From an uncultured bacterium (GTDB taxonomy: Bacteria; CAZSTA01), in NCBI GenBank assembly GCA_964609495.1, contig CAZSTA010000009.1, positions 1 to 38,199 of the forward strand: a stretch of DNA of 38,199 nucleotides, in the 5' to 3' direction. Positions 28,842 to 37,248 of the stretch are shown one piece after another. The notes below the pieces were generated by a model. The model searched no databases, was not told the origin of the DNA, and worked only from the letters and a program-made list of their open reading frames with translations. How positions within the stretch are numbered: the first letter of the stretch is position 1; each line of letters opens with the position of its first letter. The translations under genes and the position numbers were made by a program.

Positions 28842-30458
28842 CTAATCCGGGCGCAAAGCATCAAGGAAATTAAATCGATTTAAGGCTTTGAGTATCATAA
28901 AGGTGCTATCTTCCTTTTTGGGAGGAGGAAATGTTCTACTGATATAACGAGCTTTGAGTTTTTCTTGCCAGAATCCACCAGCTCTCTGTTCGCGGATTAA
29001 TAGGGGAACGGATCGTAGAATCAAGAACGCGGATAAGGGATGGCGAAATCTTTCAAGAAAATCAAACATACACGATAAGTAAGCATCACCCCATTTCCCA
29101 TGCGAGTTTTGACGATGGCTACATTCCAAAGCTGCGATCGTTTCGAGATTGGATCCGTGATACTTTGAATGATACGACAACGCTCTGTGCACCACGAGTG
29201 AGCAGTCGCCCATCGTCCGAAAATACTTCACCAATAGCGCCTCCCTTTCACCAACCTCTAAGCTTTTATAGTCGCCATTGCATACCAGCTTCAAAATATC
29301 ATTCCTCTTATTAAACCAGTCGAGCCTATAAATGTTTTCATTCTTTTGAGGGACGGGAAACCTCTGATCAAAGTCGATCGGATCGGTCAAATCAGGGATA
29401 TCAACTTTTGCATCTAGATATCCACAGCCACACCATTTCCCCCTCCTTAATGCCAAGAGCGTGTTAATTGCTCTTACGACTCGGCTCTCATTTTCCAAAC
29501 CACATCTCAGAAGCGCCTCAATAGCTATTGCCGAAGCCCATGTAACTCTGAGCTCACAAAGGGTGTTCGACACATTGGGCAAGACATCCATATTGTCCAA
29601 GAATTCCTGTCGTTCCCTGGCTACGGCTTTCCTGTATGGCCGACCTTGCGCACTAGGTTCTTCCTTCCAATTATTGAATCGATGAACAAGCTCTTCAGAA
29701 AACATAAATAATCCAGGCAAGCCAAACGGCTCAGTAGTTGACAACAACCATTTCGCGGCTTTCTCTACTGCCTGCTCCTTTATCGTGCTTCCTACTTCAG
29801 TTAATCTTATCAGATTGAAGGCAGTCTCTACTGTGTTGTCATCCCAGCTACCATTCGCTTGTTGGCGGTCGATGATTTGCTGCTTGTAATCGCGGATGGC
29901 ATCTATATCATCTTTCACGATACCACCCATAATCTCTTTTTGCGCGAGAAATCCAATTCTTCCGCCCAGGTGCTTGAAAGGAACAACAGGATCGTAGCGG
30001 AATCCGCCCATTTTCGAAAGCAATCGGTTCAGGGCGGAGTATGTAATTTTGTTGAGATCCGTAAGGACTGAATAGATCCTTTTGACGACGCTGCTATCAA
30101 ACTTGTCAATAATAATGCAACCGGGTATCTGAGCGGGTCGCTCGGTTAGTTCCAATCTCTTAATGTAGAATTTTTTCCCTCTTTCTGTAATACATATCGC
30201 GTCATCTGGATTAAGCGTCAGTTGGTTTACTACCCATTCAGGAAGTTCAGTTTTGCGACCACCGCTCTTTTTCGGGATAATCTCTATCTCCTTCCCTTGC
30301 CTGAAGCCAATACCACCAAAATCCGAGAAATATTTCTCCCATTCTTCTTTTCTTATTTTCAAAATTCTGCGAAATTTACCTGTGATAATTACTCTTTCCT
30401 TACTAGGCGGATAGTCTCTTGAAAGCAAATCTATCCAATCTCTATCGCTTAATACCAT
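28842..30458 (-). CDS. Hypothetical protein: AbrB-like N-terminus plus prenyltransferase/terpene-cyclase-like alpha-alpha barrel
   Basis: 538 aa with AAGGAG SD. QW-type repeats QQANGSW, RQNSHGKW, EQRAGGFW; ELPEWVVNQLTLNPDD is an AbrB-like segment. Confidence 0.5.
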   Translation of the reverse strand: MVLSDRDWIDLLSRDYPPSKERVIITGKFRRILKIRKEEWEKYFSDFGGIGFRQGKEIEIIPKKSGGRKTELPEWVVNQLTLNPDDAICITERGKKFYIKRLELTERPAQIPGCIIIDKFDSSVVKRIYSVLTDLNKITYSALNRLLSKMGGFRYDPVVPFKHLGGRIGFLAQKEIMGGIVKDDIDAIRDYKQQIIDRQQANGSWDDNTVETAFNLIRLTEVGSTIKEQAVEKAAKWLLSTTEPFGLPGLFMFSEELVHRFNNWKEEPSAQGRPYRKAVARERQEFLDNMDVLPNVSNTLCELRVTWASAIAIEALLRCGLENESRVVRAINTLLALRRGKWCGCGYLDAKVDIPDLTDPIDFDQRFPVPQKNENIYRLDWFNKRNDILKLVCNGDYKSLEVGEREALLVKYFRTMGDCSLVVHRALSYHSKYHGSNLETIAALECSHRQNSHGKWGDAYLSCMFDFLERFRHPLSAFLILRSVPLLIREQRAGGFWQEKLKARYISRTFPPPKKEDSTFMILKALNRFNFLDALRPD

Positions 30459-30582
30459 TTTTCTCTCCTTTATTTATCTGAAATAGGGGAATATATAGGG
30501 GGAGAAAATCTCCCCCCGTGGTAAGCTTTAATCAAATTCAGTATTCCCAAAATTTCCCGTCCTTGAGTCGTGGAGAGTCGTC

Positions 30583-31584
30583 CTACCTTGCATATACGCG
30601 AATCATACGATAAGGGTATCCCTCCTCAATAGCACTGACTTCATCTAGTTTCTTCAGCTCCTCCTCCGAGAGTTCCCAATCCACCGAGCCTAAGTTGTCC
30701 TCTAATTGCTCAGGAGTTCGCACTCCGATGATTATAGATGGGACAGCAGGTTGAGCTCGTAACCAAGCTAAGGCTACCTGAGCATAGGTCTTGCCTCGAG
30801 CCTCGGCTATCTCACCAACAGCGTCGATGATGCGCCAGTTGCGCTCAGTAGCTCGGCGATGCCAGGCCTCCTCGGTGATCTCTTCCGACAGGGCGATTCT
30901 ACTACCTTCTGGAGGTGGCTCTCCCTTGCGATATTTGCCAGAGAGGAATCCTCCCCCCAATGGACTCCAGGGTATGATGCCCACTCCCTCCTCTAAACAG
31001 AGGGAGGTAAACTCCCGCTCGATATCCCGCACTACTAAGCTATATTGCATTTGAGCGACTACAAACCGCGCCCAACCATTAGCATCGCTTATAGCTAAGG
31101 CTTTCATTATTTGCCAAGCTCGGAAGTTCGATACCCCAATATAGCGAACTTTTCCTGCGCTTACTAGATCATCAAAGGCTCGCAAGGTCTCCTCTAGGGG
31201 GGTCGATTGATCCCAACCGTGAGCATAGTAAAGATCGATATAATCTGTATTCAGGCGGCGGAGACTGGCTTCTATACTCCGCATAATGTGGAGACGAGAG
31301 AGACCTATATCATTAGGACCTTCGCCCACGCGAAAGCGAACTTTGGTAGCTAGGATCACATCTTGACGCTTCCCTTTCAACGCCCGTCCCACGATCTCCT
31401 CGGAGAGACCGCCGACGTAAACATCTGCGGTGTCAATGAAGTTACCACCAGCATCTAGAAAGTGATGGATCATACGTCGAGATGTTTCCTCATCCGCCCC
31501 TCGTTCCTGATCACCGAAGATCATAGTTCCCAGGCATAATTCTGAGACTAATAATCCCGTATTACCCAATAGTTTGTTCTTCAT
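30583..31584 (-). CDS. Aldo/keto reductase
   Basis: VSELCLGTM, FIDTADVY, LATKV, DYIDLYYAH, GKVRYIGVSN, PWSPLGGG. Confidence 0.95.
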   Translation of the reverse strand: MKNKLLGNTGLLVSELCLGTMIFGDQERGADEETSRRMIHHFLDAGGNFIDTADVYVGGLSEEIVGRALKGKRQDVILATKVRFRVGEGPNDIGLSRLHIMRSIEASLRRLNTDYIDLYYAHGWDQSTPLEETLRAFDDLVSAGKVRYIGVSNFRAWQIMKALAISDANGWARFVVAQMQYSLVVRDIEREFTSLCLEEGVGIIPWSPLGGGFLSGKYRKGEPPPEGSRIALSEEITEEAWHRRATERNWRIIDAVGEIAEARGKTYAQVALAWLRAQPAVPSIIIGVRTPEQLEDNLGSVDWELSEEELKKLDEVSAIEEGYPYRMIRVYAR

Positions 31585-31599
31585 CTCACACCTCCCTTT

Positions 31600-32679
31600 C
31601 TACCATTCAAAATTAATTCTTCGCTTCTCCAGGGGTGGAAGATCTGGCAACTCTTTATGAGGCTCGTATTGATACCAGAAGGCAACATTACAATAGTCAT
31701 TCTCGAGGTTGTTAGCATGGCCATGTTCAAGCGTTACCTTGATGGATTTGCGAAATCGTAGCGGATCGTTGATGTAGAAGCGATACATACCGGTTGTTCC
31801 CCACCACTCATAGCCAGCGCGGTTCTCGATGCAATGGAAGCCGGTATAAGGTCCAGAATATTCATCGTGAGGACTCGCTCCACCTCCGAATATCTCCTCG
31901 GTCCCGGTTCCGTGTATGGAGGGGGGAAATTCCTCACCATCGATGAATACCATATCGTCACCTTCACCCCACCAGCTACGATCTTTATTAACAACTGTTA
32001 GGAAGTAGCCAGCGAATTGTCCATCTCCCTTGATATCGAGGATGACGTAATTATCTTCGCCACTCAGGTTCTTCCATTCTTCAAAAAGCTCTTCCTCTGC
32101 CCCCTCGGGAGGATGAACGAGTGTTGGATACTCTCGATGCCAGCGAGCATGAAGTAATCCTGTTTTCTCAAGCTCGGAGGGAACCTCGTCATATAGCTCA
32201 TAGTCGATATGATACCAGATTCTGCTCTCTACATCCCCTTGATTTTCAAGCTCGATCCTAGCGGAACTATAAAAGGGCATCGGTAGATAACAATTGAATC
32301 CCCAGGAAAAATTTGCGACTGTAAAGAAGCCTGGGTTAACGGTAAAGGCAAGAGATCGAATCGGTCTTACCTGACCATTCGCCACCCCAAAGAAGTCCCC
32401 TAGTGGAGCCTCCACGCTAGGGTTGCTCTCATCGTTCCAAAACATACGAAGCACTAAACCACGAAACACATTCAAGCGAAGGGGTTCTTCTCTGTAGATA
32501 TAAGTCCAATAGATATGCTTAATACATCCAGCTCCCTTTTCTTCTAAAAGTGGATAACTCTCCCCTGGTTTGAGCGTAATCCAGTCGGTATTCCCCCCAG
32601 TGCGATCCCAACTTGAGCTTCGCTTACTCCGAAAATCTCTGAGTATGTATAGTTGATCCATGTTGCTAAAATCCACCAT
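31600..32679 (-). CDS. Glycoside hydrolase family 172 (DUF2961)
   Basis: SSSWDRTGGNTD, PSVEAPLGDFFG, NCYLPMPF, WWGEGDD, GTGTEEIF, EHGHAN. Confidence 0.88.
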   Translation of the reverse strand: MVDFSNMDQLYILRDFRSKRSSSWDRTGGNTDWITLKPGESYPLLEEKGAGCIKHIYWTYIYREEPLRLNVFRGLVLRMFWNDESNPSVEAPLGDFFGVANGQVRPIRSLAFTVNPGFFTVANFSWGFNCYLPMPFYSSARIELENQGDVESRIWYHIDYELYDEVPSELEKTGLLHARWHREYPTLVHPPEGAEEELFEEWKNLSGEDNYVILDIKGDGQFAGYFLTVVNKDRSWWGEGDDMVFIDGEEFPPSIHGTGTEEIFGGGASPHDEYSGPYTGFHCIENRAGYEWWGTTGMYRFYINDPLRFRKSIKVTLEHGHANNLENDYCNVAFWYQYEPHKELPDLPPLEKRRINFEW

Positions 32680-32750
32680 TATCTCCTCCCTGTTGATTAT
32701 TATTTAACCTCGGATAGTTAAGCGTATTAGACCACCGATCTCTCCAAAGT

Positions 32751-33545
32751 TCAGAAATCCTTTATCGTCCGATACATACAGCTCATAGCGACGCTCTTAA
32801 CCTTGAGCTGAGGGAATGTCTTTTTGAGGTAATCTGCCATGTTTCTCACTCCCCAAATTTCAGCAGTCTCATGATTTACAACGAGCAGAGGCAAATCGAG
32901 GTCTAACGCCCAAGCCCCGTCTCTCCAGAATGACATGCCGTCATCAGTGGCTAGGATCACATCTGCACCCATATCGAACATCGTTCTGACTTTTGTGATC
33001 GCTCCAGTGCCTATAGCTAAGCGGTTTACGGATTTCTCCATATCTCCCACTACTTGAACTGTATCCTGTCCTAGCTCTTTTACTCTCTTCCCAAGCCTCT
33101 TAGCTAGATCGGTCACTTTGATCGGCCCAACCTCATATACCGCATAATACTTCTGAGTCTTCAGGGGTTTTCCCTCTAATCCTAATTCTCTCGCCCAACT
33201 ATCAACGACGCCGATTTCGGGGAACACATCCCATACATCATGACAGCGATAGACCACTAATCCAGTCTCATCGAGAAACCGTACCTTTTCCCTAGCATTA
33301 GGATAATTGAAGACCGATTTATCATCCTCCATATGGCTATAGAAGGTCGGTTCGTGGGTGATAAACATATTGCATCCCGAATCGACTGCCTCGCGTAGCG
33401 CGCTTAGGATTGAGATCCATCCCACAGCGATCCCCTCGATCTCTGTCTGAGGATCACCATACTTGAAGCCGTCACAGGTTGTGCCCTCCCAATCTACCCA
33501 GGTCCCAACAGATTTCAGATGTTCATGAATATCCATCGCTTTCAT
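32751..33545 (-). CDS. Nif3-like dinuclear metal centre protein
   Basis: DGFKYGDP, FITHEPTFY, VYRCHDVWD, NHETAE. Confidence 0.85.
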   Translation of the reverse strand: MKAMDIHEHLKSVGTWVDWEGTTCDGFKYGDPQTEIEGIAVGWISILSALREAVDSGCNMFITHEPTFYSHMEDDKSVFNYPNAREKVRFLDETGLVVYRCHDVWDVFPEIGVVDSWARELGLEGKPLKTQKYYAVYEVGPIKVTDLAKRLGKRVKELGQDTVQVVGDMEKSVNRLAIGTGAITKVRTMFDMGADVILATDDGMSFWRDGAWALDLDLPLLVVNHETAEIWGVRNMADYLKKTFPQLKVKSVAMSCMYRTIKDF

Positions 33546-33600
33546 AGATATTGCCTCCCTAATTTATTGATGAGAATCTAAGTCTGAAGCGTTCAGATCC

Positions 33601-33629
33601 ATTATATCATATCGCCCACATTATAACAA
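33601..33629 (-). promoter_or_regulatory. Putative sigma70 promoter for the Nif3-GH172-AKR run
   Basis: TTGTTA-17bp-TATAAT with extended -10 TG. A second TGnTATAAT lies at 33620-33628. Confidence 0.5.
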
Positions 33630-33653
33630 GCTCAGTTGAGAGCAATCCGCTTA

Positions 33654-36014
33654 TTATATCTCCTCCTCAAAGTGGCTATACTTAGCTGTGCTTATATTCC
33701 CCTCCTCATCCTCGTATTGAAAGGTTTTAGTGAAGAACTCACCTGTTAAGGTAACTACTTTACCATCCTCTAATTTCACCTTCGTCCCTTTATCCAGCTT
33801 CCTTACCCTCAGCTCCTTCTCTAAATGAGGTGCTTCCTCTAATACCTCCTCCTCGCTTCTGAGGATATATTCTCCACTCTCTCCTCTTTCAAAGTAAGGA
33901 TTATATCCGTTCATCTGGAGGGCTAAGGCTAGACGCTGTTCAGGAGTGGCTTCCTCAAACGTGAGTTTGACTAGCTCCTCAAAGTTATAGCTTTCACCTT
34001 CGACTTTAAACCAAATGTCAATGGGATTTGCTTGATGTAAGATACGAGTCGTCTTCTGAAGTAGCTTGTTATGGAGATAGACCTTCAGCTCGTTAATATC
34101 TATTAGTGGCTCTAAAGGAAGCTTTATCCCTGTATTCTCCCTCACCACTTCCTTAAACCAGGTATCCTGTCTCTTCTTTTGAACTATCGCCTTGAATACC
34201 CCTTCCTCATCGGGTGGCTCGATGCAGATTCCCACTCTTAGTGCGTTATTCTCATCCTTCATGACTATCACATCTCCTCTTTCCACTCGGATGGAGAGCG
34301 CAGCTTTCCTAAGTCTGGCGTATTCATCCACTTTCCTCCTGGATCTAGGGGTATATATTATCTGTCTAGCCATCCTTCCCTTATCGAAGTAGATCATATC
34401 GGCTCTTAACAGATTGGATAGCTGACTCCGCTGGGCTTTTGAGAAGCCATCTCCGAACCAGAGACGGGCGAGTTCAGGTTCGGTATATCCCCTCCTCTCC
34501 CTAAGTTCAAGCAGTTGTTCCCATAGTTTGGGAAGATCATCTTGGGTGATAGTATCCTTTGATACTTTCACCTCACTTATGGTGCTTTTAGGAGGGCGGG
34601 AGGGAGTTGAAGCTACCGATATCGTTTCAACTTCGCCTCCTTTATATTCCCCACCTGGAGCTAGAGTTAGGGGATCGAAGCTCATCCCATTATCAGGCTT
34701 GATGACTTTGAAGTCCTTCAATTGAGAGGCGAGATTATCTATCGCGGTCTCATCCCCATGCACTAGCACTACTGAATGGGGGTTCAACTGCTTTATCATA
34801 TTCGCTATCTGATTCCTATCCGCATGAGCGGAGAGGTTATACTTTGCTACTTCGCAATTTATCGTCGTCGGAGTATCTTCCAAGATTATAGTTTGTCCTC
34901 TCTCCAACTCCAGTAGCTTCCTCCCCGGAGATTCCTCGTCTTGATAGCCCGTCATCAGGATAGCGTTTCTTTCGCCTTGAGCTATTTTCCTAGCATAGAA
35001 GGGAGAAGGACCTCCTGATAGCATCCCCGAGCTAGAGATGATACAGCAGGGATCCCCATCTACAATGCTCTTCCTGGAGGTCGCAGAGACCTTTATCACC
35101 TGTTGTCTTTGCCTATCGAAGAATATAGGTTGTTGAGTGTTCTTCACATAGTTCTGCAATTGCGAACTTAGATCATGCCCCAAATTCTCATAGATATCAC
35201 AAGCTGATCTCACCATTCCATCAACATACATTGGGAACAGGGGTATAGTATTTGAGTTCTGCATCGCTTTCAGGATCAAAATTACCTCCTGGGCTCTTCC
35301 CACGGCAAAGGCTGGGATCAGAACAGTTCCCCTTCTATTTATCACCTCAGCTACCGCAAAGGCTAGTTTCCTCTCCTCTCCCTTCCTACTCTCGTGCAAT
35401 CTCTCTCCATACGTAGCTTCGGAGATAACAACGTCTGGATGAAAATCGGGCTTTATCGCTCCTCTGAGTGTCCTTTGATTAGTAATCGAGAAGTCACCAG
35501 TTACGAGGACGTTTCCCTCTCTCGACCCAATGAGAATGAAGGATGCTCCTAAGATATGTCCAGCTGGATGGAAGGTGATAGAGATATCCCTATCTGGGAA
35601 GGGTTTAAAAGTCTTATCGAAGGGAACATGAGCGGTGTGATCGATCATCGCTTCCACTAGGGATTGATCGTATAGGGGTATCTCCTGTTGATCCTCAAGA
35701 AACTTACTCTCCATAATCTTTACCGCATCTTTAAGCAGAAGCTCTATCAGATGAAAAGTCGAATTGGTGCAGTGAATATTCACCTGGGGAAATCGCTGAT
35801 AGACCAGGGGTAAAGCTCCACTATGATCCATATGGGCATGGGTCAGTAGTATCAAATCTAGCTTCTCGATCCTATCGAGAAGAGGTTTTGGACCTATCTC
35901 CTTCGGCGGATTCATTCTTATCCCCGCATCTATTAATATTGATTTTCCCTCTATCTCCAAGAGCAAGCAACTTGCTCCTATCTCTTTTGCTCCTCCAAGT
36001 GTAGTTATCCTCAT
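33654..36014 (-). CDS. Metallo-beta-lactamase/beta-CASP nuclease (RNA-metabolising type) with a ~330-aa C-terminal extension
   Basis: LGGAKEIGASC, THAHMDHSG, AGHILGA, TGDF, SEATYG, FAVGRAQE, SSGMLSGG, LSAHAD, LVHGD. The extra C-terminal domains are not part of the beta-CASP core. Confidence 0.9.
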   Translation of the reverse strand: MRITTLGGAKEIGASCLLLEIEGKSILIDAGIRMNPPKEIGPKPLLDRIEKLDLILLTHAHMDHSGALPLVYQRFPQVNIHCTNSTFHLIELLLKDAVKIMESKFLEDQQEIPLYDQSLVEAMIDHTAHVPFDKTFKPFPDRDISITFHPAGHILGASFILIGSREGNVLVTGDFSITNQRTLRGAIKPDFHPDVVISEATYGERLHESRKGEERKLAFAVAEVINRRGTVLIPAFAVGRAQEVILILKAMQNSNTIPLFPMYVDGMVRSACDIYENLGHDLSSQLQNYVKNTQQPIFFDRQRQQVIKVSATSRKSIVDGDPCCIISSSGMLSGGPSPFYARKIAQGERNAILMTGYQDEESPGRKLLELERGQTIILEDTPTTINCEVAKYNLSAHADRNQIANMIKQLNPHSVVLVHGDETAIDNLASQLKDFKVIKPDNGMSFDPLTLAPGGEYKGGEVETISVASTPSRPPKSTISEVKVSKDTITQDDLPKLWEQLLELRERRGYTEPELARLWFGDGFSKAQRSQLSNLLRADMIYFDKGRMARQIIYTPRSRRKVDEYARLRKAALSIRVERGDVIVMKDENNALRVGICIEPPDEEGVFKAIVQKKRQDTWFKEVVRENTGIKLPLEPLIDINELKVYLHNKLLQKTTRILHQANPIDIWFKVEGESYNFEELVKLTFEEATPEQRLALALQMNGYNPYFERGESGEYILRSEEEVLEEAPHLEKELRVRKLDKGTKVKLEDGKVVTLTGEFFTKTFQYEDEEGNISTAKYSHFEEEI

Positions 36015-36016
36015 TT

Positions 36017-36943
36017 TTACCTCTTTCCATTTGAACCTTTAGTAGATTTCACATTCTCCTGGAGAGCTTTCAAGGTCTTCTGGACATATATCTGAGTGGT
36101 ATTCAAGCTCTCGTGTCCCAAGATATTGGCTAAACCTACTAGATCATTATTGTTTTGCTCCAGATAGTTATAGGAGAAGGTATGTCTTAGGAGATGAGGC
36201 CAAACTTTTATCCTAGCGAAATCAGCGTATTTCTTTACCACTTTCTCCACTCCATCCTTCCCTAAGGGACCCCGCTGACCAGCAAATAACCTTCCCTCGG
36301 TCTTATTTCTCTCCTCCAAATAGGCATTAAGCATCTTTCGAGCTTTTAAAGGGATTGGGATCTTTCGCTCCTTACCACCTTTGGCATGCTCTCCTCTAAC
36401 CAAAATAGTCCCCTTCCTCGGCGATAGCTCTATATCCTCTATTCGCAGGTGAACTAACTCCCCTAACCGTAATCCTGTGTAAAGCAAAGTGTAGATGATC
36501 GCTTTATCTCTCAGGTTTCCTCTCAGCTTTAGCTCCTTGAGCAACCTCCCAACCTCCCTGGTGTTCAAAGCTTTAGGAGCCAGAGCTTGCTTCCTAACAT
36601 AAGGGATATTCTTGATAGACTCATATATCTCCTTTCTTATCCCCTCTCCCCGCTCGTAGGCATACCTACAGTATCTCTTGAGAAATACCAGACGCCGGTT
36701 GATAGTAGCTGGGGAATATCCCTCTCTAAGACTGTAGCCTCGGAAATCGCTGACATCCAAGGCGGTCAGACGGGAGATATCGAATGGCTCCCCATTTGTC
36801 TGTTCATACCAGATGCTAAAGCGCTTCCAATCCTGTCGGTAGGAGTTGAGAGTAGCTTCTCTTCTTCCCTGCTCCCTAAGGGAAGCAAGGAATCCCTTAA
36901 GACGAATCTTCTCCCCTTCGGTGGCATAAGTTTCCTCAGTCAC
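36017..36943 (-). CDS. Tyrosine recombinase/integrase (Xer/resolvase-like) with N-terminal SAM-like core-binding domain
   Basis: Intact catalytic set: R (TGLRLGE), K (AKGGK), HxxR (HLLRH), H (LGHE), Y (TQIY). ATLNSY and SPATINRRL helices. GTG start after a G-rich SD. Confidence 0.93.
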   Translation of the reverse strand: MTEETYATEGEKIRLKGFLASLREQGRREATLNSYRQDWKRFSIWYEQTNGEPFDISRLTALDVSDFRGYSLREGYSPATINRRLVFLKRYCRYAYERGEGIRKEIYESIKNIPYVRKQALAPKALNTREVGRLLKELKLRGNLRDKAIIYTLLYTGLRLGELVHLRIEDIELSPRKGTILVRGEHAKGGKERKIPIPLKARKMLNAYLEERNKTEGRLFAGQRGPLGKDGVEKVVKKYADFARIKVWPHLLRHTFSYNYLEQNNNDLVGLANILGHESLNTTQIYVQKTLKALQENVKSTKGSNGKR

Positions 36944-37091
36944 ATTTTCCCCCCTCGTGGAAATTAGAGAGATGTCCTATATCGCTCTGATTACTTTTGG
37001 AGACCAGTTTCATTAACCCACTACTTTTAAGCAGTAAATATCGCAGTAAAGATATAAAAGTTACTCCGAAAATGTTAGCGGTATGAGATCT

Positions 37092-37121
37092 ATTATACTG
37101 CTAAATTACTCCGTCTGTCAA
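37092..37121 (-). promoter_or_regulatory. Sigma70 promoter for the recombinase-nuclease operon
   Basis: TTGACA-18bp-TATAAT on the minus strand. Confidence 0.75.
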
Positions 37122-37147
37122 GAGGTAAAATTTTTTCCTCGAATCTC

Positions 37148-37176
37148 TTGACAAAATCCCGATTTAGTGGTATATT
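37148..37176 (+). promoter_or_regulatory. Sigma70 promoter for the downstream sugar ABC operon (divergent)
   Basis: TTGACA-17bp-TATATT with extended -10 TG. Confidence 0.75.
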
Positions 37177-37248
37177 CTAAGTGATTTTACTAAAGCGATT
37201 ATAGAGCTATATTGCTTCTGACAAAGATGGAGGAGGTTATGTATAGAA

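Noticed and set aside
30498-30516. Short hairpin GGGGGAGA-AAA-TCTCCCCC between AKR and the hypothetical gene
   Set aside because: No U-tract and a homopolymer-driven stem; too weak to call a terminator.
36017-36943. Calling the recombinase xerC/xerD or a prophage integrase
   Set aside because: It lacks the Xer-typical HSFATHLL/DLRxVQELLGH signature, has no arm-binding domain, and no phage genes, tRNA or att duplication are visible.
57-36967. Numerous short antisense or alternate-frame ORFs in the track (e.g. 7868-8248, 23611-24057, 36587-36967, 16239-16421)
   Set aside because: Nearly all are shadows of well-supported genes. None shows recognisable motifs, and I found no convincing support for 16239-16421.
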